Assembly (NCBI GenBank): GCA_016183325.1
Contig: JACPEV010000003.1
Coordinates: 82,000-145,999 of the forward strand
Direction: 5' to 3'
DNA from: Candidatus Curtissbacteria bacterium
GTDB lineage: Bacteria > Patescibacteriota > Microgenomatia > Curtissbacterales > GWA2-41-24
Length of the DNA stretch: 64,000 bases
A program made the position numbers and the translations under genes. Of this stretch, positions 30,098 to 39,695 are shown in pieces; within the stretch, counting starts at the first letter, position 1; each line of letters begins with the position of its first letter. The notes under the pieces were generated by a model that made no database searches, had not been told where the DNA came from, and was given only the letters and a program-made list of their open reading frames with translations.

Positions 30098-31093
30098 ATG
30101 AAAAAAGGGTTCGCCCAATTTGTCCCTTTAGTTGCTATTGCCTTTGCCATTTTAATTGGCCTATCCATCATCAGTGCCGACAAAACCACCAACAATCAAG
30201 ACAACATCTTAAGCAGCTCCGATAAAGACAATGGTTCCTCGGGCTCCGGCTCATCTGGCTCGGGTTCGTCTGACTCAGGCTCCTCGGGATCTAGCGACTC
30301 GGATTCATCAGATAACCCATCCACTTCTACCTCCAGTGGTCCTGGCTCAGCCGACACCACCCGAATCGAATCCAATACAGGCGACACCAGAACCAGAATC
30401 GAAACCAGGCCCGGCGAAACCAGAATTGAAACTAGAAACGAACAGGGCCGTTTCGAAACAAGGTTAAAAGACGATAAAGAAGAAACCAAAATCAGAACCG
30501 GTAATTTGAGAATTGAATTGAAAAGAGAAGGCGACAAAATTGTCACCACGGTTAAAAATGAAAACGACGAAGAAGTTGAGCTGGAAGATGAAGAAACAGA
30601 CGAACTTTTAGAGGATGCCTCCGCCAAGCTGGAAGTCGATGGCGTCAAATTTGCCACCGATTCTGGACGTCTGGACATTATTCAAAATGGCCGGCGCGTC
30701 AGAATTAATTTCCCGCTTTCTGTCAATCCGACAACCGGCGAACTTTTTGTCACAACCCCTGCAGGCGAAAAAGTAGTCGCCATCTTGCCGGATACTGCTA
30801 TCCAAAATATGCTCTCGGCCGGTATTTTGACTAGAGTCGAGCCGGAGCCAGAACCCTTACCCTCCCCATCACCGGGTGCCACCGAGTCAGCCACTGTCGT
30901 AGAAACCGGCATTGAGCTCACCCAACTTAACAATCAGCCGGTCTATATCATTAGCGGAATCAAGAATAAAAGCTTCCTAGGACTCGTGCCTGTAGATCTT
31001 AAACTAAAAGTTGTGGTCTCAGCCCAAAACGGCCAAGTTTTACAAACCCGTCAGGGCCTCTTGACAAGACTTCTCGATTTCTTCTCGATTTGA
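30098..31093 (+). CDS. Pilin-like anchored surface protein with Ser/Gly-rich and TRIE repeats
   Basis: MKKGFAQ + hydrophobic helix; C-terminal FLGLVPV..VSAQNG. Confidence 0.75.
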   Translation: MKKGFAQFVPLVAIAFAILIGLSIISADKTTNNQDNILSSSDKDNGSSGSGSSGSGSSDSGSSGSSDSDSSDNPSTSTSSGPGSADTTRIESNTGDTRTRIETRPGETRIETRNEQGRFETRLKDDKEETKIRTGNLRIELKREGDKIVTTVKNENDEEVELEDEETDELLEDASAKLEVDGVKFATDSGRLDIIQNGRRVRINFPLSVNPTTGELFVTTPAGEKVVAILPDTAIQNMLSAGILTRVEPEPEPLPSPSPGATESATVVETGIELTQLNNQPVYIISGIKNKSFLGLVPVDLKLKVVVSAQNGQVLQTRQGLLTRLLDFFSI

Positions 31094-31204
31094 CCTTATA
31101 ATTACCAAAATGGCTAAAAATAAAAGCTGCAGGCAATAGCTCCCTAACAATTAAACTTGGGAAGTGGTTCGCCTGAGCTTGCCGTCGATGACTTGACGAA
31201 GGTT

Positions 31205-31258
31205 TGGGATAAGAGTGAGATTTTGGGCGAATATTGACCTATTTAACACAAGTTTATT
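31205..31258 (-). mobile_element. Recombinase-tail-like relic (SIFAQNLTL)
   Basis: CCCAAAATCTCACTCT (rc of 31212-31227) shared with relics at 50290-50396 and 53439-53574. Confidence 0.6.
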
Positions 31259-31301
31259 CCAAGGGCTTGTGCAATTTATATAGATAAAACTCTTATCGAG
31301 G

Positions 31302-32150
31302 CTAATATTTTGGAGGCCAGAAGACACCTAGAACTAGGAAAGTTGGATTCGGAAATTGTGTTCCCACAATTAAGTAAGAATCCCGCTTTTCGCTCCACAT
31401 TTCATCTAACCACTTTTGTTTTATCTTTTTTAAAACAATATCCATCGAAAATGGTTTTTCTTCCATTAACCTTAAATAAAGCATAAAAATCTCCCAATCA
31501 AATATGGACAACTGATGGCCTTTGCACCTCGAATCATTACAAATAAACTCATATATGAACTTATAAGGAATCTTTTTAAGCGTTTTGGGCTGTTGTCCAA
31601 ATAATACCAATTGGCTTTGAACCCTCTGATGTTTACTGCTCCATTGCGCTGAGTCAGCTTTTATTTTTAAGTCAATAATCTTCTTAGGTTTAAAAATACC
31701 GAGTGAAACTCCGAACTTTTTATAATCATTCGCAATCTCTTCTAAAGAATTGTAATGGATTGTTGGGATGACAATCTCTTTTCTTTGGAGCCAGCTTTTG
31801 TCTTTTTTAGTGTCAAGTGGTTGGCCCTCAGGTTTTATGGATTCCACATCTGGACGATAACTGTCGACTCTAAAATCCTTGAGATTTTTCTCTATTTTTA
31901 CCTTTACCCACTGGTATTTTTTATACCATTTTGGATATTGCATATAGCGGTAGTTGACAGGATATAGTCTGATCCATCTCTCATTTCTGGTGATACCCGC
32001 GGTGCAAACGATTTCCTTATAGGAAGTGGAAGGGCGGGGGTAAGTTTTTACAACTATTAATATTTCTTCTTCGTGGGATTTTAAATCGGGATAACCCGCA
32101 GGTTGTTGTTCAGTTTTAGCAGTTCGCTTGCTATTATCGATCTGTGACAT
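31302..32150 (-). CDS. Conserved hypothetical partner of DUF488
   Basis: VKTYP.PS..Y.E.VCTAG..WIRLYP..KYQW..D.R.DS.RP, DWE, F.VLGVFWP. Confidence 0.7.
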   Translation of the reverse strand: MSQIDNSKRTAKTEQQPAGYPDLKSHEEEILIVVKTYPRPSTSYKEIVCTAGITRNERWIRLYPVNYRYMQYPKWYKKYQWVKVKIEKNLKDFRVDSYRPDVESIKPEGQPLDTKKDKSWLQRKEIVIPTIHYNSLEEIANDYKKFGVSLGIFKPKKIIDLKIKADSAQWSSKHQRVQSQLVLFGQQPKTLKKIPYKFIYEFICNDSRCKGHQLSIFDWEIFMLYLRLMEEKPFSMDIVLKKIKQKWLDEMWSEKRDSYLIVGTQFPNPTFLVLGVFWPPKY

Positions 32151-32518
32151 AATTCACAAAATTTTTCGTAACACATAATAGCAGGATGTTTCCATTTTTC
32201 TATTGAGTCTAAAACACTCTGAATTTCATGTGCGTTTTCATTAGCATATTTTCTATACTCAGAAAAGAATTTAACATAATCTCCGTTCTTGTATAATTCT
32301 TTTCTTATTACACTAGGACTGCCGAGTTTTGGATAGTGAAGATAAGAGACTCCATTTGACTCAAGCAATTTTTGTAAGTGTTGTTTAGAAAAACCATTCT
32401 TTCGGCTCAATGGAATTTCCCGAACATCAACAATTAAATCAATTTTCGCTTTAATTATCTTTGAAAGAAATTCTTCAATTGTTTCTTTTTCATAACCCGT
32501 GAGAAATAGTATGGGCAT
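32081..32518 (-). CDS. DUF488-family protein
   Basis: GYE..F..DVR..P.SRK.GFSK..L, MCYE....CHR. Confidence 0.85.
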   Translation of the reverse strand: MPILFLTGYEKETIEEFLSKIIKAKIDLIVDVREIPLSRKNGFSKQHLQKLLESNGVSYLHYPKLGSPSVIRKELYKNGDYVKFFSEYRKYANENAHEIQSVLDSIEKWKHPAIMCYEKFCELCHRSIIASELLKLNNNLRVIPI

Positions 32519-32618
32519 ATGTGTATCATAACACTAAATCGTCCCAGAAAATTTTGACTTCTAAATTCCGAGCATTTATTTTTATCCTCATATTCTTGCT
32601 TGTGATAGACTTTCATTT

Positions 32619-32947
32619 ATGAAAATATTTCAAGAACCTGACAAAAGACTTCATCTGGTAAGTTCAACGGTAAAGAATTTTGATGAAGCTAAAAAAATAA
32701 CCCAAGAGCTCGTTGAGGTGACAAGAGGTTTGGATAGACCTTATAAACTCTGGATTGGGATGGCTGCTGTCCAAATTGGGTACAAAAAGAGAATAATTTT
32801 GTACAAGAAGGGTATCCTCAGGCTACGCCTTCGGCGAGTACGTAATTATTCAATTCACCCACGGGTAAAAACCCGTGGTACTCTTGAACAATTATAGACC
32901 ATATTGATGGAATACTAATATCAGATATAGGGAAAAAGGTTTTTTAG
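32619..32947 (+). pseudogene. def: Peptide deformylase pseudogene with central deletion
   Basis: GMAAVQIG motif 1, then IS-end-like insert, then out-of-frame IDHIDGIL; EGCLS missing. Confidence 0.8.
32808..32888. mobile_element. IS200/IS605-like end remnant
   Basis: AATTCACCCACGGGTAAAAACCCGTGGTACTCTTG hairpin resembling IS605-family ends. Confidence 0.55.
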
Positions 32948-32965
32948 AGTTCGAAAATCGGCCCC
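32948..32965 (-). repeat. att-arm motif AGTTCGAAAATCG(T/G)CCC (also 32536-46, 33928-45, 34778-95)
   Basis: Four copies, each at a cassette junction. Confidence 0.75.
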
Positions 32966-33006
32966 AAATTGATTTTTCCCATTAATCTTTCTGCTAGAAT
33001 GGCTTC

Positions 33007-33291
33007 GTGGATAAAAGGCAATTGGAAAACTTGGTAAGAAAGGAGATTACTGAAGCTGATCCTATTGGACTAATTTCGATGGGAGCGCCAAAGGATGAGT
33101 ATGACACAGAGGTGAAGGAAATTATCGCGAGGATAGACACCTGTAAGAGTACGACAGATCTGCAGGAATTAATCTACGGTATTTTTGTCAAAATGTTCGA
33201 TGAAAAGATCGCAGGACGGAGAGAAACATATCAAAACTTGGCCGGCAGAATATTTAGTAGTCTAAAAACTAATTCGACTTGGACCCATTGA
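33007..33291 (+). CDS. DUF1871-like protein
   Basis: DPIGL..GAP.DEYD.E. Confidence 0.65.
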   Translation: MDKRQLENLVRKEITEADPIGLISMGAPKDEYDTEVKEIIARIDTCKSTTDLQELIYGIFVKMFDEKIAGRRETYQNLAGRIFSSLKTNSTWTH

Positions 33292-33321
33292 TTTTTGTGT
33301 TACAATGTACTACAATTTATA

Positions 33322-33648
33322 ATGTCAAAATCAAGTGTCGCAAAAATTGATATTAATGTTGACACTTTGATTGTTGAAGAAGACAGGCTAGGGCATATTG
33401 CAAAGCATGGGGTGACTTTAAAGGAAATTTTAGAAATTATTTCGCAAGATTACATTTATATCGAAGGTAAACACGGACGTTGGTTATTGATAGGCAAGAC
33501 GAAAATGGGGCGTTTCCTAACAGTTGTTGTTGGCTCACGTCCAGAGAAAAACACACGTGGTTTAGTAACTGCGAGACCATCAAGCAGAGAAGAGAGAAGC
33601 TTTTATAAGGAGTTTACTTTACAATATGAGTATGACAAAATCAATTAA
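33322..33648 (+). CDS. BrnT-like toxin
   Basis: HIAKHGV..E..IG.T..GR.LTVV..VTAR. Confidence 0.82.
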   Translation: MSKSSVAKIDINVDTLIVEEDRLGHIAKHGVTLKEILEIISQDYIYIEGKHGRWLLIGKTKMGRFLTVVVGSRPEKNTRGLVTARPSSREERSFYKEFTLQYEYDKIN

Positions 33649-33928
33649 AGTTAAAAATATTAAAAATGGTGGAATCAAACCAATTTCACCATTTAAAACT
33701 TTGGAGGAGGAAGCTAATTTTTGGGACACCCATTCGGCGGTTGATCAGATTAACAAGGGTACTTTAGTCGGTTTCCATCAAGCTAATAAGACTAAAACTT
33801 TAACTATTCGTGTCCAACCCGAGGATTTGCAATCTTTACGCGAATTGGCTTTCAAGCAAGGTATTGGTCCAACTACGCTCGCTCGTATGTGGTTACTTGA
33901 AAAACTCCACGAATCCAAAACGAAATAA
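33626..33928 (+). CDS. BrnA/CopG-like antitoxin
   Basis: F.TLEEEA.FWDTH..TIR..GIG..TL.RMW. Confidence 0.82.
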   Translation: MSMTKSIKVKNIKNGGIKPISPFKTLEEEANFWDTHSAVDQINKGTLVGFHQANKTKTLTIRVQPEDLQSLRELAFKQGIGPTTLARMWLLEKLHESKTK

Positions 33929-33970
33929 GTTGGAAAATCGTCCCGAGTTTTTCTGATATAATTTCCTCTT

Positions 33971-34081
33971 ATGATTAAAAGGAAATCTACATGTGGTTTA
34001 TGTAAACCTCACAAAAAGTGGAAGAGAAATGATACTAAAGAAAAACAACGTATTGCCTTGGAGATCAAAGGAGAAATTTAG
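33971..34081 (+). CDS. 36-aa basic CxxC-KPHK microprotein
   Basis: MIKRKSTCGLCKPHKKWKRNDTKEKQRIALEIKGEI*; TGATATAAT 8 nt upstream. Confidence 0.55.
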   Translation: MIKRKSTCGLCKPHKKWKRNDTKEKQRIALEIKGEI

Positions 34082-34125
34082 TTTGACGATTATTGTATAA
34101 TCTTGTAACCTAAAAGAAGGTTTAA

Positions 34126-34317
34126 ATGTCTAAAGTTGATCTGAGAAAGATTCTAAAAAAACATAAATCAGGATGGTTGGCATTAACTGCGGACAACAAG
34201 AAAGAAGTGGCTTCCGCAAAGACTCTGCGAGAGGTGCTTTCTCGCGCAAGGGCGAAAGGTGTTGAGAGGCCAAGCGTTTTAAAGGTGCCTAAATTGGATT
34301 CTTACTATGTCGGTTAA
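34126..34317 (+). CDS. DUF5678-like small protein
   Basis: K.KSGWLAL....EVASAKT..EV...A..KG. Confidence 0.7.
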   Translation: MSKVDLRKILKKHKSGWLALTADNKKEVASAKTLREVLSRARAKGVERPSVLKVPKLDSYYVG

Positions 34318-34772
34318 TGGATTTTGATTATGCATTAGTTACCGACTGGCCCAGACATAAACCCCGCCAGCGTTATCTTCCCTGGATAAATATAGGTATT
34401 AGAAAGATTGGGAAAGAAAAAACTATTTGGCCATTAGGACTAGTTGATTCCGGGGCCGATCTAACTATAGTTGATAGAGAAATTGGTGACGAGCTGGGTT
34501 TCGATTTCAAAAAGGCTAGAAAAAATTTTATTACCGGTTTTGGTGGAGCTAAAGTAGAAGTTTTATTGACAGAGGCAGAATATGTTATTGATGACAATAA
34601 AGGCAAACGTCCAATAATTTATCGTGATCTCATTGGATTTACAAAAGGTCAATTTCCTCTCTCACATCCGCAACAAACTGCTATATTTGGAACTATTGGT
34701 TTATTTAGGAATGTTCACGTAGAGTTTGATTTCCCAAGAAATATCCATATAGAAAAATTCAGAATTAGATAA
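34317..34772 (+). CDS. Clan AA (retropepsin-like) aspartic protease
   Basis: GLVDSGAD, ITGFGG flap, IFG. Confidence 0.8.
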   Translation: MDFDYALVTDWPRHKPRQRYLPWINIGIRKIGKEKTIWPLGLVDSGADLTIVDREIGDELGFDFKKARKNFITGFGGAKVEVLLTEAEYVIDDNKGKRPIIYRDLIGFTKGQFPLSHPQQTAIFGTIGLFRNVHVEFDFPRNIHIEKFRIR

Positions 34773-34801
34773 AAATTAGTTCGAAAATCGTCCCGACTGA
34801 T

Positions 34802-35278
34802 TTATTGTTGAAATGTAATTAAAATGCTGTCTTCATCCTCAATTTTTTTATCCAACAGATCAGGTTCTTCCCGGCCATTTAAATAAAACTTTAGAGAGCT
34901 GCTGGAACCATTGCAAAAAGTTTCTCCGTCACCGGTTGTAAGACAATCTTTGGTTAACTTCATCGGAAGAGTTTTAAAAAAATCGTCCCAGGTGATTCCA
35001 TCTTTTTTGACATGAACTATTGTTGGACTATCAGCCGAAAGATAAACATCGGGTGATCTTTGGTGATATTTGGGACTTTTAAAATTTCTGATTATTCCAT
35101 TTGTGTTGATTTGAAACGAGGCCTCAATATTGACCTCTTGAATTTCGGGCGATGAAGAAGGCGAAAATGCAAGAATTGGAGATGATGATGGTGCTAACGG
35201 ATTGGGAGTTGTTCTTAAGAAAAGTATTGAGCCGACAGAAAGAAGTATTATTGCAATTGTAAAAAAAATAGCTCGCAC
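34802..35278 (-). CDS. Hypothetical anchored protein
   Basis: TM then VHV...G.TW.DFF..C..GDG..FC..KFYLNG. Confidence 0.7.
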   Translation of the reverse strand: MRAIFFTIAIILLSVGSILFLRTTPNPLAPSSSPILAFSPSSSPEIQEVNIEASFQINTNGIIRNFKSPKYHQRSPDVYLSADSPTIVHVKKDGITWDDFFKTLPMKLTKDCLTTGDGETFCNGSSSSLKFYLNGREEPDLLDKKIEDEDSILITFQQ

Positions 35279-35348
35279 TTTTTAATTCTACAGTAGTAAA
35301 GGGAGATAGCAATAGACTCTAATATTGTCTTTGATGTAAAATACACAT

Positions 35349-36083
35349 ATGGCTCAAAGTTTCAAATTTCAAAAGGGCACCGCGTGGCTCTGGCCACTTG
35401 TCGTTTTGATAATTACATTCGGCGCTTTTTACTTTAAACCCTGGCAGACAAAACCGACAGAAACCATCTCTGTTTCCGCAACTGGCAAAGCCCAAGTTAC
35501 TCCAAATGTTGCCACAATTACCGCAACCATTGAATCTAAAAATCCAAATCTAGAACAAGCCAGAAAAGAAAACGAGCTAAAGGTCAGCATGCTAATCTCC
35601 GCTCTCAAAAATCTCGGCGTTGAGGAAAAAGACATCAAAACTCAGCATATTTCAGGCGGCCCCGGCTATGAAATTATGATCTATCCCCCAAGAAAACCAA
35701 CCACCAACCAATTCACCACAAGTCTTGAAGTCAAAATCAGAAACTTTGAAAATACCGATGAGATTATTGCAGCAATGACCCAAAATGGAGCCACCAATCT
35801 TTATGGTCCCAATTTAACTGTTGATGAAGCACTTCAGGAAGAAGGCAAATCCAAGGCTCGCGAAAACGCTGTCAATGAAGCTCGCAAAAAGGGTGAACAA
35901 CTGGCCAAACTTTCCGGCAGGAAACTTGGTAAAGCGGTCAAAATCTCAGAGCAAGGTGATTATGGTTTCCCTATCCCCATCTACGCCCAATCTGAAGCTG
36001 ATCTTCGCCAAAAAGCCAACCAAATCCAACCCGGTCAAAACGATGTCACCATTACCCTCCAAGTCGACTTCGAACTCAAGTAG
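35349..36083 (+). CDS. SIMPL/DUF541 protein
   Basis: ISVSATG..V.P..A, A...AR.K...LA...G.KLG, IQPG. Confidence 0.88.
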   Translation: MAQSFKFQKGTAWLWPLVVLIITFGAFYFKPWQTKPTETISVSATGKAQVTPNVATITATIESKNPNLEQARKENELKVSMLISALKNLGVEEKDIKTQHISGGPGYEIMIYPPRKPTTNQFTTSLEVKIRNFENTDEIIAAMTQNGATNLYGPNLTVDEALQEEGKSKARENAVNEARKKGEQLAKLSGRKLGKAVKISEQGDYGFPIPIYAQSEADLRQKANQIQPGQNDVTITLQVDFELK

Positions 36084-36169
36084 CACTAATTTTCAATTTT
36101 TAATTTAAAATTTTTATTGAATTTTTATTTTTTTTAAAATTTTAAATATTTTAAATTTGATTTCAAATT

Positions 36170-38794
36170 TCAAATTGTAAATTTCAAATTCCTGCCAAAT
36201 ATCACCAGACCTATGAATCCCAAACTTATTAAGCTTATCAACAACCCTGCTTTAAAAGTATCCGGATCATAATAAAACCTCACCTCATGCTCTCCGCGAG
36301 TTAGAGGTACCGCCCGAAACGTATAATTTGCCCGCAAAATCTCAGTCTCTTCTCCATCAACTTCCGCCTTCCAGCCAAGGTAATAATTATCTGAAATAAA
36401 AAGCAACTTTGGCTGTAAAGATCTAGTTTTAACAATCACCTCTTGTGATTTATAACTAACAACTTCGACCTCACCTTCTCCAAATTGCGGCGAAATCGGC
36501 GAAGGCTTTTCCAAAATCAAAGAATTGCGAAAATCAAAATCGCTGGATAATAATTTTTGAAAGATCAACTTCCTCCTTCGCCTGTCAATCTCACGAGTCG
36601 TCAAATTAGTCACATCAGCTAAGTTAGGAGGTCCCTCATAACTAGAGGCTAAAAAAATCCTCGCCAGCACCTGGGGATTTTCAAAAACTCCATAGTCTTT
36701 GTGTTCAAATGCTTTCTTAAAATTATTTGCCTCCATCACTTCAAAATCACCGCTTTTGGCAACAACATATTTGATCCCGAGCATATTAAGGAGTCTTCTC
36801 CTGTTTTGATTCTCAATCAGAAATTTCGCATCTCCTACTGCCCCAAGTCCCGCGTCCGATCTCAGATAAAAATCTTCTATGTTGTTACCCTGCATCGCGT
36901 AGGTAAACTCTCCGTAAGAACGGTTATTCAAAGAATCATAACCTTCTGGCCAGAAAAGAGAATATTGGCTAGCAAAATTATTGCCCAAAGCCGCCTCACC
37001 CACCCCCCAGGACCTAGAATACCCCTGGTTATTTTTAAGAAAATCTAAAATCGGAGTTGGCGGAAAAACATACTTTGCTTCCGAAAACGAGAAATATTTC
37101 TGAGAAAAATAAAAAATATGCAAAAAGGCTATCCCCATGATCAAAACTGCAGCTATTTCCCTTCTTAACCAGTGACCAACAGTGCTTGCAATAATCATCA
37201 AAACAGTGGTTGCAAAAACCGCAACCGGCACGACCAAATTCCTAAGCGAAATCACAGCCGTCTCCTTGGGACTAAATTTCAGAAACTCAATATAGGGGAA
37301 ATTGAAAAATCTAACCAAAAGCAGATAAAAAGCTATCAATAAATACGAAAGGCCGAAGGCCAAAATTATTTTAAAAATTTTTCTGTCTCTCCGCAGCAAC
37401 CACTGATCAAACCCAATCGCTCCTAAAACAGCAATACAAAAGGCTGGAATAAACAATATCCTGTTGGCAATAGAAGTTGATAAAAACGGAACCGGCAGTG
37501 AAAGAAAAAGTTTTGACGTTGGCAAGTCTAAGGTAGTTGAAAGTGCAACCATCCCAAAAATCGCCAAAAATATTACAAGTTTATTATCACCTCCGAGGTG
37601 AAAAGTTCTCACACCTCGGAGGTGTAAACCTGTATAGAAAACAGCAAACGTCGCAAAGATCACTGCAGCAACGCCGACAAACATAATCCCTTCGTAATAT
37701 TGCGCTGCCCCACCTCTGAAAAAATTATGAGTAGCCGGATGACCAAAAATGTCTGGCGCCAAAAAGGTCACTATTGATTGAATTGGCAGCAAAAAGCTAA
37801 ATAAAGTCTCGGAAAGAGCAATCGTCGATCTCCCCGAATTAAAATAAAGCTCGGCAGAAGGCAAAAGCTGCACCGCCGCAATTCCCGCTCCTATCAATAT
37901 CCCAAGCCCGGCTTGGAATAGCTTTTGTATCACACCTCCGAGGTGAGCTCGCTTGCCCTGAGCAAACCCGTACTGAGCGTAGTCGAAGCAGTCGAAGGGG
38001 GCTCCTCGGAGGTGGACTATCTGCCAAATTCTAAAAATTAAATAAGCGGCACTGAAAATCAATAGATAGATTGTAGTCTGCATATAGCCCCCTAAGAGCG
38101 AAGCACCGACCCCAAGAGAGATTAAAGCTAAATACTGCCTCCTGTCTGTAGCTAAAAACTTATCAATCGCCCACAAAATTAACGGTAACCAGACAACCGA
38201 ATGAGGCGACATCACTACTTCCTCTCCCCACGTCAAAATAAAAGGGCTAAATCCAAAAGTTATAGCTCCAAAAATGCTTGCCAGCATCGATAGTTTCCCG
38301 TCACTTTTCTTCTTAATCGTCATTCTGGCTTGTCCAGAATCTTTCTTCATTGCGGATTCTGGAGTCGTTTCACTCCCCAGAATGACGTTATTCGATAGGT
38401 TTCTAAGAAACAAATACATAAAAAACGCCCCCAGAATTGTCGGCGTAATTCGCAGTAGATGCCAAAACTCAACCTGCGACATAAAAAATCCCAAAATATT
38501 CAAAGGATAAAAAACTGCAGTCTGAAAATCGGCCATATGAGGGTGTCCCGAAAAGGCAAAGGGATTCCAAAATGGAACGCTACCTGATCGAAAAGCATCA
38601 AGGGTTACCTTGTAAAATGGCAAGTAAATCCGAAGTTGATCCCAACCGGTATTTTTGTAGGGCAGATTCTCTCCATATGGGGCATAAAAACTCACCAACA
38701 AATGTCCATTCAAATTAACCTTCGAAAGAAATATCGGCCAAAAAAGAATCAGAGAAAGAAATGTCAATAAAAGGAGGATTTTGAGCTTCACCAC
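36170..38794 (-). CDS. YfhO-family GT-C membrane protein with three in-frame repeat insertions
   Basis: PFWNP..FSG.P..A, GYDS, SDNYY.GWKA.VDG, RANYTFRAV. Confidence 0.88.
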   Translation of the reverse strand: MVKLKILLLLTFLSLILFWPIFLSKVNLNGHLLVSFYAPYGENLPYKNTGWDQLRIYLPFYKVTLDAFRSGSVPFWNPFAFSGHPHMADFQTAVFYPLNILGFFMSQVEFWHLLRITPTILGAFFMYLFLRNLSNNVILGSETTPESAMKKDSGQARMTIKKKSDGKLSMLASIFGAITFGFSPFILTWGEEVVMSPHSVVWLPLILWAIDKFLATDRRQYLALISLGVGASLLGGYMQTTIYLLIFSAAYLIFRIWQIVHLRGAPFDCFDYAQYGFAQGKRAHLGGVIQKLFQAGLGILIGAGIAAVQLLPSAELYFNSGRSTIALSETLFSFLLPIQSIVTFLAPDIFGHPATHNFFRGGAAQYYEGIMFVGVAAVIFATFAVFYTGLHLRGVRTFHLGGDNKLVIFLAIFGMVALSTTLDLPTSKLFLSLPVPFLSTSIANRILFIPAFCIAVLGAIGFDQWLLRRDRKIFKIILAFGLSYLLIAFYLLLVRFFNFPYIEFLKFSPKETAVISLRNLVVPVAVFATTVLMIIASTVGHWLRREIAAVLIMGIAFLHIFYFSQKYFSFSEAKYVFPPTPILDFLKNNQGYSRSWGVGEAALGNNFASQYSLFWPEGYDSLNNRSYGEFTYAMQGNNIEDFYLRSDAGLGAVGDAKFLIENQNRRRLLNMLGIKYVVAKSGDFEVMEANNFKKAFEHKDYGVFENPQVLARIFLASSYEGPPNLADVTNLTTREIDRRRRKLIFQKLLSSDFDFRNSLILEKPSPISPQFGEGEVEVVSYKSQEVIVKTRSLQPKLLFISDNYYLGWKAEVDGEETEILRANYTFRAVPLTRGEHEVRFYYDPDTFKAGLLISLISLGFIGLVIFGRNLKFTI

Positions 38795-38891
38795 GCCAAA
38801 TTATCCAATTTCCTATACTAAATTTCAATCAAGGCCAATTATCAAAATCTTCATGCCTTAAGTGCAACAAAACAGCTAATATGTTTTATGC

Positions 38892-39116
38892 TTATTTCAA
38901 CTCTTCAAGCTCTTCATCAGTCAACTTGGCTTGATTAATTATCTTCCTTAAAGTCCCAACAGGAATAGGCCCAGGGTGAACTGCTACCTGAGTCCATCTA
39001 CCATCAAGATGAGTAAGTCTGACATGACTCCCTCTACCTTTAGTCTCTACAAATCCAATTTTTGTAAGAAATCTTATTAATTGTTTTGCTTTTACATTGC
39101 GCCGCAGCTTACTCAT
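38892..39116 (-). CDS. hicA: HicA toxin
   Basis: GF...GRGSH...H....V.VH...GTL..I. Confidence 0.9.
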   Translation of the reverse strand: MSKLRRNVKAKQLIRFLTKIGFVETKGRGSHVRLTHLDGRWTQVAVHPGPIPVGTLRKIINQAKLTDEELEELK

Positions 39117-39385
39117 GCAAAAGTAAGCCTGGCACCAGCTGGAGCTTTAACTTGTGCAGTAGTCACTATACCCTTTTTGAGATTATCGACTGGGACTTCT
39201 TTACCTTCTTCCACTAAAGACTCGACTGCCAACTCAATACCGTCTTTTATGCTTTTTAAAACTTCCTCGACAGAGTTTCCCCAGTCGGCAACACCCAAAG
39301 TCGGGCAATAGGCATTGTAGACCGTCCTTTTGCCCTGCTTTTCCGGCTCAATAATAATGCGATAATTTAAAACTTGCGTTTGCAT
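39113..39385 (-). CDS. hicB: HicB antitoxin (short)
   Basis: AYCP.LG...G.S.EE...I..GI.L. Confidence 0.88.
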   Translation of the reverse strand: MQTQVLNYRIIIEPEKQGKRTVYNAYCPTLGVADWGNSVEEVLKSIKDGIELAVESLVEEGKEVPVDNLKKGIVTTAQVKAPAGARLTFA

Positions 39386-39411
39386 GGCAAACATATTTTA
39401 GCACATGCTGC

Positions 39412-39591
39412 CTAAAAGAGCGTATAAATAAACGGAGCAACGCCGCTAGCTTGGGCAAAAATTAAAAGCAGGCCAAACACTAAAAGCACCACCACAAATG
39501 GGATCAAAAACCACAGCTTCGCTTTCCACAAAAATTCCAAGAGCTCTCCAGCTTCTCCGCTTCTTGAAAAAAATGATTTAAGAAATCTCAT
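39412..39591 (-). CDS. DUF5989/SxtK-like 59-aa membrane protein (absent from ORF track)
   Basis: MRFLKSFFSRSGEAGELLEFLWKAKLWFLIPFVVVLLVFGLLLIFAQASGVAPFIYTLF*. Confidence 0.8.
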   Translation of the reverse strand: MRFLKSFFSRSGEAGELLEFLWKAKLWFLIPFVVVLLVFGLLLIFAQASGVAPFIYTLF

Positions 39592-39695
39592 TTTTAAATT
39601 GATCTAATTAACCTAATTGCTCTAATTGGTCTAAATAATTTAGAAATTTGAAAATTTTGAAATTAATTAGAAATTAGAAATTAAAAATTAGAAAT

